A DNA stretch of 60,161 nucleotides, counting the filler, from Sphacelaria rigidula (lineage: Eukaryota): NCBI GenBank assembly GCA_964200075.2. It is 7 parts of 7 records of this genome, joined end to end, with 100 filler letters (N's around TTAATTAATTAA, not from the genome) between each part and the next. Parts side by side here need not be neighbours in the genome. Positions count along the whole stretch, not along the records: positions 43,046 to 51,553 come from CAXNAA020010936.1; positions 51,654 to 60,161 come from CAXNAA020010937.1; 5 more parts are not named here. One strand, given 5' to 3'. The stretch's first letter is position 1. Each line of letters starts with the position of its first letter. This document shows, one piece after another, positions 50,701-60,161 of this stretch. A program made the translations under genes and the position numbers. Under the pieces are notes generated by a model, which worked only from the letters and a program-made list of their open reading frames with translations, had not been told where the DNA came from and did no database searches.

Positions 50701-51553
50701 CATCATTCAAGATGCGGCAACACCATTTTTGTTTTAGGCTCTCCAGCTAACCGCCTGCCGTTCTGGATCCGACGAAAGGTTGGCGAAATGGCTATGCGGT
50801 CGTAACCTGATGCCATTCTCTCGAGCGATTGGGAATCGCCGAACGAAGACACACGAAGGGCACGGGCGAGGAGCTGCCTCTCCGCCATTGCTCCTTCGGT
50901 GGCATCGTCATCGACACAAGTGTACAGTGCATTAATCGGGCGCACCTAGCAACACCTCGTTAGCCTTCAACAGGAATCAACTGTCCGACATTGCTGTCGT
51001 TTTGCCACCTATTTCGGCACAGATGTCCAGAACCCAAAGGCGGGTTAAACCCCACCGCGATGTTGAACCCCATTTTCGAGGAGACCTTGTCTTATGTAAC
51101 TCTTTTTACGAACATATCACAGCTCTTCGCGCTTGGTGATTGCAAGCAACGGTGTTTTCGTGAGATTGAGAGTCTACGATACGATTGAGAGTAGGCTCTT
51201 CATGACTTTCAGCAGCCGGTTGTGCCTGCATCATCATGAATGGACAAAACGCTTACCTCGCACATTGAACAATGTTTCCGTGAAATTGAGCGTTGAAAGT
51301 ACGATTGAGAGAGGTGTTATTTATAACATGACTCGCTTCGCCGGTTCCGATGATGAGACGAAAAGCTTACATTGTAGCATGTTGAACATTCCTGCCACCC
51401 GTTGCCTCAATGGAAATGTTGAAAACTGTTGCGCGCTGGCCCACAGGTCGCATTTGTGGAAAAATGCACCGTTCAAGATGTCTCCAAAGTAGTGTGAGTC
51501 GTGCGGTTCGAGTAAAAGATACGATGTAGCCAGGTTGTGCCCGAATTCATTCG

Positions 51554-51653
51554 NNNNNNNNNNNNNNNNNNNNNNNNNNNNNNNNNNNNNNNNNNNNTTA
51601 ATTAATTAANNNNNNNNNNNNNNNNNNNNNNNNNNNNNNNNNNNNNNNNNNNN
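51554..51653. other. artificial contig spacer
   Basis: 44N-TTAATTAATTAA-44N. Confidence 0.99.
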
Positions 51654-51698
<45 letters not shown>

Positions 51699-51759
51699 GT
51701 CATCGTCATCGTCATCGTCATCATCATCGTCATTATCATTATCATCCTTGTCATCATCA
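51654..51759. repeat. (CAT)n microsatellite with CGT variants
   Basis: Read directly; sits at the contig start. Confidence 0.95.
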
Positions 51760-52254
51760 CGATCTCGCATTGTGTTGTGAATTATTACTTTGTCGACCTT
51801 CGGAACCCCGAGTCATCATCAGTATAAATGGATAAACCAAAAAAGCCGTGCTTTCGAGAGCGGTCACTGTGCAATGTACACACACATATATATATATATA
51901 TATATTGGAACCCGGCATTGTGATGAATCTTGAATACTTTCAAGAGATGTATACTCATTCTGTTCAGTGTGTTCAGTTCCAGTCTGACGGGTCAATATCT
52001 GTATGGTGGCAACCCAACATTTTGGATAGTCTCGAACATTTTGGACAGATCAAAGCTGCCCTTCGGTCAGTGTATCACTCACTCACCCTCTGAAACTAGG
52101 ATACAACAACGACGAAAATACCAGGGACCGTGACCTACAACTAGTATGCATATGTAGACGGTGATTTATCCAAAAAGCTAAGTTGGCTCCGACAAAAAAA
52201 CGTCAAATAATCAACTTGTTGTGTTGGGGGCTCCGAATATCCTTAACCCCACAG

Positions 52255-52376
52255 ACTGGAGATTGGATCATCGCGTCGGACCTCTTCGTCAAGAGCGGAG
52301 AGCCGCTACGTGCCGCCCAAATAACAAGCAAGTACAAAGGCGCGGGCTGGCAGGAAACACTTGCGGAGATAGTGCG
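52255..52376 (+). CDS. IFT122: intraflagellar transport protein 122 homolog, internal exon
   Basis: cacAG acceptor, GTGAGT donor (phase 2). TGDWIIASDLFVKSGEPLRAAQITSKYKGAGWQETLAEIV resembles the IFT122 TPR-like region. Confidence 0.8.
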
Positions 52377-52499
52377 GTGAGTAAGCATGCTGGAGCGTCA
52401 AACGTGGCACCAGATCTAAGACCCCACAAGATGATTGAAATGGTATGACCTCGCTCCCCCTTCCCCCCCCCCCCCCTTCACCCCCAACGAAAGACCTGA

Positions 52500-54135
52500 C
52501 GTAAAATGGAGAAATGTGCTGGGAAAAAGATGTGGGAAACCGGCATCAGAGGAAAGATGAAGAGAATGGTGAAGATGACAGAATGCACTAGAAGTGCTAT
52601 GACGCTAGACGGGGAAATATCGAAGTATTTCGATACTTTACTCGTTTTCGAATTATTCGTGAGCTTAAGATGGCAATAGAAGCAGCAACGCAAGGAGTCA
52701 AGGTGGGTGAAGAGATGGTATTAGGATTGATGTTCGCGGACGATCTCGTGGGGATATCAGAAACACCAGGAGGATTGCAGAAGCAAAATAAAGAAGACGC
52801 TAGGATACTCTAGCGAATGGAGACGGCAGCGAACGTGAACAAATGCGCGGGACTTGTATTTAGCAAGGATAAGGAAAATCCGGTAGAGTTCGGATGAAAG
52901 TGGGGAGAAGAGGACCTACCGATCGTAGACCAGTATGCATACCTTGGCGTAGAGATAAAATAAAACTGTTCTTGGTATGACTGATCATTGATTGATTGAT
53001 TGCCGCACTTTAACTGACCCCCCACGGATCCAGCCGTGGTCTCGTGATAGACGTACCCGACAAACACATAGTTAAGGTAATAGATGAGGCACAGGTAGGC
53101 AAGATGGACGTGATCCTAGGAGATTCGCACCTAGATACCGGGAGTAAGAGGTGTATTCTGATTAATGTGATTGTACTGAAGCTGGAATGAGCACGAGAAA
53201 TATGGAAGGGGAACGCGAAGTTGGTGAAGAAGCTGGAAACCACACCGATGGCAGCAGCTAAGAAAATACTTGGATGTTTAAAAACGGCGAGTAATACAGC
53301 ATTGAGGGCAGAATTGGGAATGTACCCGCTTACGTGAGGGAACTGAGATGGCAATATATAGCGCAAGGAGCATGTCAAGAAAGAGATTGCCGACCATAGT
53401 TGATGGGAACTATTGGAAGAAAGCGATCAGAGGACAGGCTGAAACAAGGTGGGATAGCGTAGTCGAGAAATAATGGAAGGAGATAGGACGAAACCAAGAC
53501 GAGGTACTGTCCTTAGGTGAGTGCGGGGGGTACAAGACAAAAGTAAGAGACATGATAGAAATAAGGGGAAAACAAGCGAAGATGGAAAGTAGACGGGAAA
53601 GAGCACCTGAAGATATACTGCGGGTTGAGAAGGGGGATAGGAATGAAAACATATCTGCATGGACCGATAGACTCGGCGAAAAATTTGAAACCGCGATTTC
53701 GGGTGGGGGGCCTGGACCTGCCAGAGAGAATAGATACACCAGCAGTCGAGTGGAGGAGGAAGTGGATGCACAGATGGCAAAGAAATAGAGAGCATAACTC
53801 ATATAGTGGCAGAATGTGAACTATACAATGAGGAACGGGACGTGCTAGAAGAGGAAATGCGGGACGTGAACGAAGATGGCATGAAACCGTTTGATGCATT
53901 AGGCAGTAGGGAGAAAACCATGACTACAGTAGGAGATAGATGATGGCCAGAGACGGCGAACAGGACAGGGATAGGACATGTAGAAGGTTTGTGTGTAATG
54001 TATGGGAAAAAGGTAACGAGCACGGAGACGTTGGAAGTGTCTCTATTAGGAGTAGGAACGGTACCCCGTCTCGAAAGGAATGTCTCGTCAGTGGTCGAAT
54101 GACTAAAGCAAGCAACAAATGAGCACCCCCTCCGC
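52500..54135 (+). mobile_element. decayed LINE (RT and 3' region) in IFT122 intron
   Basis: WETGIRGKM...LDGEISKYFD, GLMFADDLVGISETPGGLQKQ (RT FADD motif), YAYLGV, ALRAELGMYPL. Many stops. A reverse-oriented RTE-type tail is nested at ~52980-53060. Confidence 0.88.
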
Positions 54136-54560
54136 CTACCCCCCCCCGGCTCCGCTCTCCCTCATGTTGGTTGGTTGATCGACCAATTGTCGCATATGAA
54201 GTCATACGCCACGAATCCAGCCGGCCTCGAGATGAGCGAAACCAAAAGGTCAATGACTAGGGTCGCTGAAGTTCGAGAAAAGGGGGACATCACAAAGAGA
54301 GAAAAGAAAGCCAGTATAGTAAGCTGAAAATACAGAAAAAAACACGGAACATCATGTAAACGTAACAGAGCGTATGATGGAGGAAAATAAATTGAGCACG
54401 GCTTCGTATGTATTGACAACATTGAAAAGTGCAAAAGCAGAAACAACATGAACCACAGCAACAGCAACAGCAGCAGCAACAGCACGTGACAATTTGGCAG
54501 TGGTCGCTTCCGTCGTGGTGTATGCGGTTCTTGAAATATTTCGCTCATCGCTCGATTCAG

Positions 54561-54702
54561 GTCGGTGCCCAAGAGCGAGGAGAAGGTGCTGAGTCTGTGC
54601 GGACGAGAGCTCAATCTGGCAGGGTTCGACGCCCTCGCCAGGGAGGCATATTTGAAGATGGACGATTTCAGCAACGTCATAATGCTGTACATCAAGAGCC
54701 AG
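54561..54702 (+). CDS. IFT122: IFT122 homolog, exon
   Basis: ttcAG acceptor, GTATTG donor, phase 2 to 0. (R)SVPKSEEKVLSLCGRELNLAGFDALAREAYLKMDDFSNVIMLYIKSQ. This frame is not in the ORF track. Confidence 0.85.
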
Positions 54703-55247
54703 GTATTGGGGTTTTGGTACTGCTGACAGCATGGCAATATCGCATTTTTTAAAATCAGGAGTCGAGAGCTCTCACTATGATACGTGAGGGTTTTTGTACA
54801 CACTAGAGCCAGCAGGTATTGTCCCCACGAGATCATGATTTCGGTTGGAAGTCAGAAGCCAGGGTAGCTGTACAGCGGCGGCTCTGGACGAAAGTCCAAA
54901 GGCTAGATTCAAGTTTAGCACCGTAAGGAAGTACTGGTACCATTTTCCATTTACCGTCTAAAACGACAGTGCTACTGTGAATACACGTGCCAATTACCGA
55001 CAACACTGCCACTATTCTCTGTACCGTTCTTGACATAATTTGGTGCGATATGAATCATCAATTGAGTTCTTGCTATTCGAGTACCATGTGATCATCTTGT
55101 CCGGCAAATCCCCAGGTACTCTGCATTGTTTGTAAAAAAGAGGGTCAAATTGTACAGGGCAGTACATACATGTATGAGCACGTAGTACATTTCTTATTGA
55201 ACGGAGGGTCTCGTTTTTTCGCACATTCCACTACTTTCTCCTTTCAG

Positions 55248-55420
55248 AATTGGTCGGAAGCTGTCAAACTTGCAGAAGAGCACGCTGGGAAGTTCGACGA
55301 TAGTGTGTTCTTACCCTACGCGCTGTGGTTGCGAGACAAGGGCCGTTTCGACGAAGCACTAGGTGCCTTCCTCAAGGCCGGCAGGAGGGATTTGAGTCGA
55401 GACATGACGGAACGACTCAT
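55248..55420 (+). CDS. IFT122: IFT122 homolog, exon
   Basis: tttcAG acceptor, GTGAGT donor. NWSEAVKLAEEHAGKFDDSVFLPYALWLRDKGRFDEALGAFLKAGRRD matches the recalled IFT122 pattern W.EA...PYA.WL...RF.EA..AF.KAGR. Confidence 0.92.
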
Positions 55421-55859
55421 GTGAGTGGGTGCGTTATCCCGGGCACACCGCTTTTCGGGTTCGCCCTTTTCGTTTTTTCATCGCACAATCGTCAAAGCTG
55501 GATACCATTCAAGATTTCTTGCTTCACAGGAAATCACGGTTGGGACGAATCATCGCCGGTTCGAATCACCAAAATCTACGATTTTTCAGGCCTGATAGCT
55601 CGAAAGGGAAAATAGAGTTGACCGCTGGTCGAAAAGGCCTCCACGCAATTTCTGCGCCATCCCACGTACCTGGGCTGCGCATACCTGGGTTGCAACGCTG
55701 AAAACAAAGCCCAGGGATTGATTCGTACGGTACGAATCAAATACACTGAAAATAAGTAATTTCCAGACGAACCGTCAATTTACCCGACCCTTGCAAGAAG
55801 TCGTGACGTTTTCACGTTCTTTTACGGTCGGGTCACGCTGGCTTCACGCCCATGTGCCA

Positions 55860-56780
55860 AAATCAAGCCATCCGCGAGTGCTTACGCCGATTCTTGGAGT
55901 TGGACTCTGAAACTTTGCACATAAAGACTACGGGCCATCACGAAACTTTTCAAGTGCTCTTTTTGTTTTTCACCAGTTATCGGGGGTCCCAGGGTTTCCG
56001 GGGATTTGGGGGCATCACATGCCCGTCTGGGACTCTCGATAACTAGCGAACAAATAAACGAACCAGAAAATCATCGTCCTTCGAATGTTTTGCAATGCCC
56101 CGAAGTATATGGGTGCAAAATTTCGGATTCCAACTGCAAGAATCAGCATAAGCATTTGCGCCTTCGTGCAATGCAGTGGGCTCGAAAGGTTCATATTCTC
56201 AGCCAATTGGTCTCAGTACAGAAACGATTTCTAGGGTACGCTTGGCGTTAAAACGTCCCTCTTGCATCAGTTTCTTCCGATATTTAGAACGAAAATTCAC
56301 ACAAATGTCCCTCGGACTGTCCCGGGACGAGAACGCTTTTTGATTTTGCTCTGAGGCGTTTTGTACCGGCTTCAGGGGCTCTCCACGCCAGGACCCCCAC
56401 CAGCCGGTAAATAGCGGAGCAACTCCGTATTACTGTAGTTCTAAACAATACATTTTTCCGCCCAGAGTGTCAATACCTGCCGAAATGCTAAGTTCGAGGC
56501 GATCTTGGCTCATTTGCGACATATATAAAGGAAACCGACGGGAGGGCTATTGAGTCTTTGGTGCATACCATCGGTGGAAATCCGACGACGCAAAAGCTCG
56601 GCATCATTAAAATACCACGGTTCGGGGTATGATCCGATCCCATAGTAACCGTTTTCAAAGGCGTTTTTTTCCCGTTAGAGTTATGCGCTGATGGCGGTTA
56701 CTAGGAATATAAGGCATGTGGAAATTGGGTAAAAATCGGGTTGAGAAGAAAAACGTATGTTTAATTTCAGAACAATTTGA
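55860..56780. repeat. non-coding DNA-transposon-derived repeat in IFT122 intron
   Basis: ~56290-56780 is a diverged reverse complement of ~19640-20140, and ~55880-56000 resembles ~20265-20390. Confidence 0.65.
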
Positions 56781-57909
56781 AGGCTGGTGATTGGTCAAGG
56801 TGTATTTTCGCCCTCAGCGCCACCCTCACGATCTATCATTTTTTTTGGCTGTCTCTCTCTCTTCAGTTGTAGATGGCGGTCAGTATGATCCCTTGGATCT
56901 GACTGTTGGGAAGGTACTGCGGAGGACATTTGCTGAGTAGTGAATGCTGGGTGTTGGGGGTGAACCAGTCTGTGTCACATTTTGACATAGGGGTACTATA
57001 AGGGGGTCAATTTCCCCCCTGAAACCTGCCAATTTTTCGAGAAAAAATCATCTGCGAAAAATGTGAGATAATATTTTCAAACCAGGTCAGGCAATAGATC
57101 GAATCAATACTGATCACAGATTTCTTCGAAAATCTAGCGTCGGATGTTTCTCAGGCAATTTTGTTTTGGGAGAAGTCCGGGGGAAAAAATGGTATCTCGG
57201 ATTTTTTTTTCAAGTCCGAAAAAAAATGCCCCGTTAGTAAGACCCCTTAGACTCAGGTGACAATCACAACCATGGCTTAAGCTTGGCGGAACCTGTGATT
57301 AATACATGCCTGAGCGTTGGCAAGTAGAAAGAAACCCAAGACGCGAAGCGATTCTGAGGTCGGAATGAGCTAGGTTTGATACGGTTTTGTGGCCTCCGAA
57401 ACGTTTGTGAGTATTCGAGGGCCATATAGGGTGTCCACACACAGGGTTCCATAATGGCCGGATCAGACAAGAGGTTGATCCTATGGAGTAGAAAGGGGGT
57501 GTGCCCGCCGCGATCAAAGTGATGTGTTTGCGCGGATTTTACCATATCGTTTTCACCCACAGAAACCGCACGTTGTTACCATCTAGCTAGCTTTGGGCGG
57601 CACTGAAGGCTGAAGTTTGCGACTGTACGCAGTCGCCTGGCCCCGGTAGTGTAACTAGCAGCCCGAAGACTAGCTGGGGCAAGGCGTTTTGAGTTTGAAT
57701 CGTGACATATATGGTCTTCGTATTACAAAATTGTTTTCCGTCGTTGGAAGCACGAGGATACGAGTAGCAACGTCAAATCCAATGCAAGTCGATAAACTGC
57801 GTCGCTGCTAATTGATAGTCATGCTCCAATGATCCGCAACAGATTGTCAGGCGGAATCCAGGGGGAGAGCGGGGTCGATCTCTTGGAAACTACGCACTCG
57901 TTCCGAGAA

Positions 57910-57938
57910 GTGTGTGTGTGTGTGTGTGTGGCAGTATG

Positions 57939-57998
<60 letters not shown>

Positions 57999-58027
57999 GT
58001 CACGCACGCACGCACACACACGCGCGC
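57910..58027. repeat. (GT)n followed by (CA)n microsatellite
   Basis: Read directly. Confidence 0.95.
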
Positions 58028-58909
58028 AAACACGCATCGCGGTGCTGTGATATACACCGCTCGGCCGTTTGGATTTACACTGAAGACTATCGTGCCTACA
58101 AATTTCAGCGATGGTGTTCGCTCCGGCTTATGTTTCGTATTCACTGCTGAAATCTGATGGTGACAGTAAAGGCGCTGCAGGTCAGTATGCACGCATGGGT
58201 GGAAATCGAAGCCGTGCTGCGTTTGCGGCCCAAAATCTTTAGGCGTTGCTGTTTCCCTTTACTCAGAGAAATATGTCGACTGAAATGGAAAGCACGCTCG
58301 TCGGGAAACGTGGTGGGCTACAATCAAGTATCGAAAGATTCCCTACTTCGCTCCGAGATACATTCTCTCGAATTTAGTCTCGTAATCAATCCCAATCGTT
58401 GCGTTTTGTTTTTTGCCGAAAATAGGTTGAGCGGAAGCCCCTTAGTCTCTGTACTCGTGGGCTGTAGATTAAACGGACTACGCTACATGAACATCGCCAT
58501 CGCCTCCAACCGTTTTGTTGTCTACAGAACACTACGTGTGGCGAGCTGTCTTCAGTACGAGCTCTTAAATCGCTCTTTTTATTATATCGAATAGCTTGAT
58601 TTCCGATTCTGAACATACTCAGTCGTCATTATGACATAGCCTTCACTCTAAGGCACATCATCCGACCGCCACGGCAATGACTTTTCCTCTTGAGAAAGAG
58701 CAACACACCAGTATTGCCGTTGTTGTACGCATGGACGTCAGCCAAAGAAACCTCGGCAACATTCCTCAACCATGTTACAACCTGTGGCGTTGAGCTGTTA
58801 CTCATCAGGTTTTCCCCGTATGATATCTCGAGAGGGGGGGGGGGGGGGGGGGATTGGAACCAGGGAAAAGCGGGAATCGTGATTCGTATTCAACTTATTC
58901 ACCCCGGTG

Positions 58910-58919
58910 NNNNNNNNNN
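58910..58919. other. 10-N scaffold gap inside contig 7
   Basis: Short N run without the linker, between poly-G tracts. Confidence 0.95.
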
Positions 58920-58974
58920 CCTCTCTTCTCTCGTGAGGCTGGGGGTGGTGTGCTATTCTCGTGTTCGCTTGAGT

Positions 58975-59010
<36 letters not shown>

Positions 59011-59331
59011 GATCGCACGAGGAAAAAAGTGGCTATGATGATCCTACACTACCTCATGCACCCGTGATGGACCTTTATGTGGGTGAAAACATTGTGGAGG
59101 GATTTAAATACGTGCCTTATGCTGAGGCCAAGAGCATCGAAATAGGTACTTCCTGACTGCAGCGATATTTCAACATGACCCCTTCGTGCCAGGAGCGGCT
59201 CACTCTCCTCCCCCCCCTACCTTTATCAGGAAAACTCGCTTGCTCGTCCGAGACATGGCTCTAACCGGCTGTTTCCTTACCCCACGCTTTTGGAACTATG
59301 AAAAACCTTTGCTGCATCCATGAATGCGCAG

Positions 59332-59430
59332 ATTGAACGCAGTTACCAAAACTCGTTTCGCCGATGCTTCGTACTACTACTGGAGGTCGGCCACAGAGAT
59401 CTACGCTGCTGCGGAGGACCCCAGTAGCAG
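59332..59430 (+). CDS. IFT122: IFT122 homolog, exon (gene continues beyond contig)
   Basis: gcgcAG acceptor, GTAACA donor, phase-compatible with 55420. (I)LNAVTKTRFADASYYYWRSATEIYAAAEDPSS matches the recalled IFT122 pattern NAV...RF.DA.YYYW. Confidence 0.9.
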
Positions 59431-59464
59431 GTAACATCTGTAGTTTTCGTCCTCCCTCCCCCCT

Positions 59465-60161
59465 CAAACGACGAGCAATAAAGCATTGAGAACGGAGTTG
59501 GGAATGTACCCACCTAAAACTAACAGAGACGTGAGAAAATTGCGATAATATAGCGTAAAGAGCATGCAGAGAAACAGATTGCCAGCTATAGGTGATAGGG
59601 CTGTATTGAAGAACATCTCGAAAGGGCGGGCTCGAATAAGGTGGGGTAGAGAAGTCGAGAAAGTATGGAAGGAGATAGGAGGAAACCAAGACGAAATACT
59701 GTCCACAGGTGAAGACGCGGGGTACAAGACAAAAGTAAGAGACATGATAGAAATAGCGGAAAACGAAGCGCTCAGACGCAAGGTAGACGAGGAAAAACAC
59801 CTGGAGATGCACGGGGGGTTGAGAGGGGGGATAGGAGTGAAAACATATCTGCATGGCCCCATGGACACGGCGAAAAGTCTGAAACTGCGATTACGGGTGG
59901 GGGATCTGGACCTGCCAGAATGAAGAAAGAGATTTACCAGTAGTCGAGAGGAGGAGGAAGTAGATGGACAGAACTGCCTCTGTGGCAAGGAAATAGAAAG
60001 TAGAAGTCATATAGTGGCAGAATGTGAACTACACGGGGAGGAACGGGACGTGCTAGATGGGGAAATGCGGGACGTGAACGAAGGTGGCATGAAATAGTTT
60101 GATGCACTAGACAGTAGGGAGAAAACGATGACTATACTAGGAGATGGATGGTGGGCAGAGA
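59465..60161 (+). mobile_element. 5'-truncated LINE, same family as 52500-54135, running off the window
   Basis: Aligns with ~53280-53955 (GCATTGAG...TTGGGAATGTACCC, GGGTACAAGACAAAAGTAAGAGACATGATAG). Confidence 0.88.

Noticed and set aside
54162..54836. 224-aa minus-strand ORF and the overlapping poly-Q plus-strand ORF
   Set aside because: These are shadows of an IFT122 exon plus a CAG/CAA microsatellite in the intron.
57284..57312. SSU rRNA-like phrase (TGGCGG...TTAATACATGC)
   Set aside because: The similarity is short and does not extend on either side.
118..59430. LRR, fucosyltransferase and IFT122 as a functional gene cluster
   Set aside because: They lie on different contigs that appear to be joined only by length sorting.

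Overview
Eukaryotic, intron-rich and transposon-dense DNA, most likely from a brown alga (Phaeophyceae). That assignment is an inference from the long TE-filled GT-AG introns, a flagellar IFT gene and the repeat families present. The window is not one locus. It is 7 contigs of almost identical, non-increasing length (8510, 8509, 8509, 8509, 8508, 8508, 8508 bp) joined by 100-bp artificial spacers (44N-TTAATTAATTAA-44N), so adjacency across spacers means nothing. Three spliced genes can be rebuilt exon by exon, all partial and on the + strand: a ribonuclease-inhibitor-type LRR protein (contig 1), a GDP-fucose O-fucosyltransferase-family protein (contig 2) and IFT122 (contig 7). The rest is mostly decayed mobile DNA: a Ty1/copia relic with nested insertions, LINE/RTE fragments, a tRNA-type SINE head, hAT-like MITEs with 8-bp TSDs, piggyBac-like TTAA elements, 4-bp-TSD MITEs, a ~440-bp foldback family and TIR elements carrying telomere-like motifs. 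I found no convincing new multi-gene system. The best leads are a possible tandem-domain fucosyltransferase, the telomere-motif elements and several informative insertion geometries. All alignments and family calls were made by eye.
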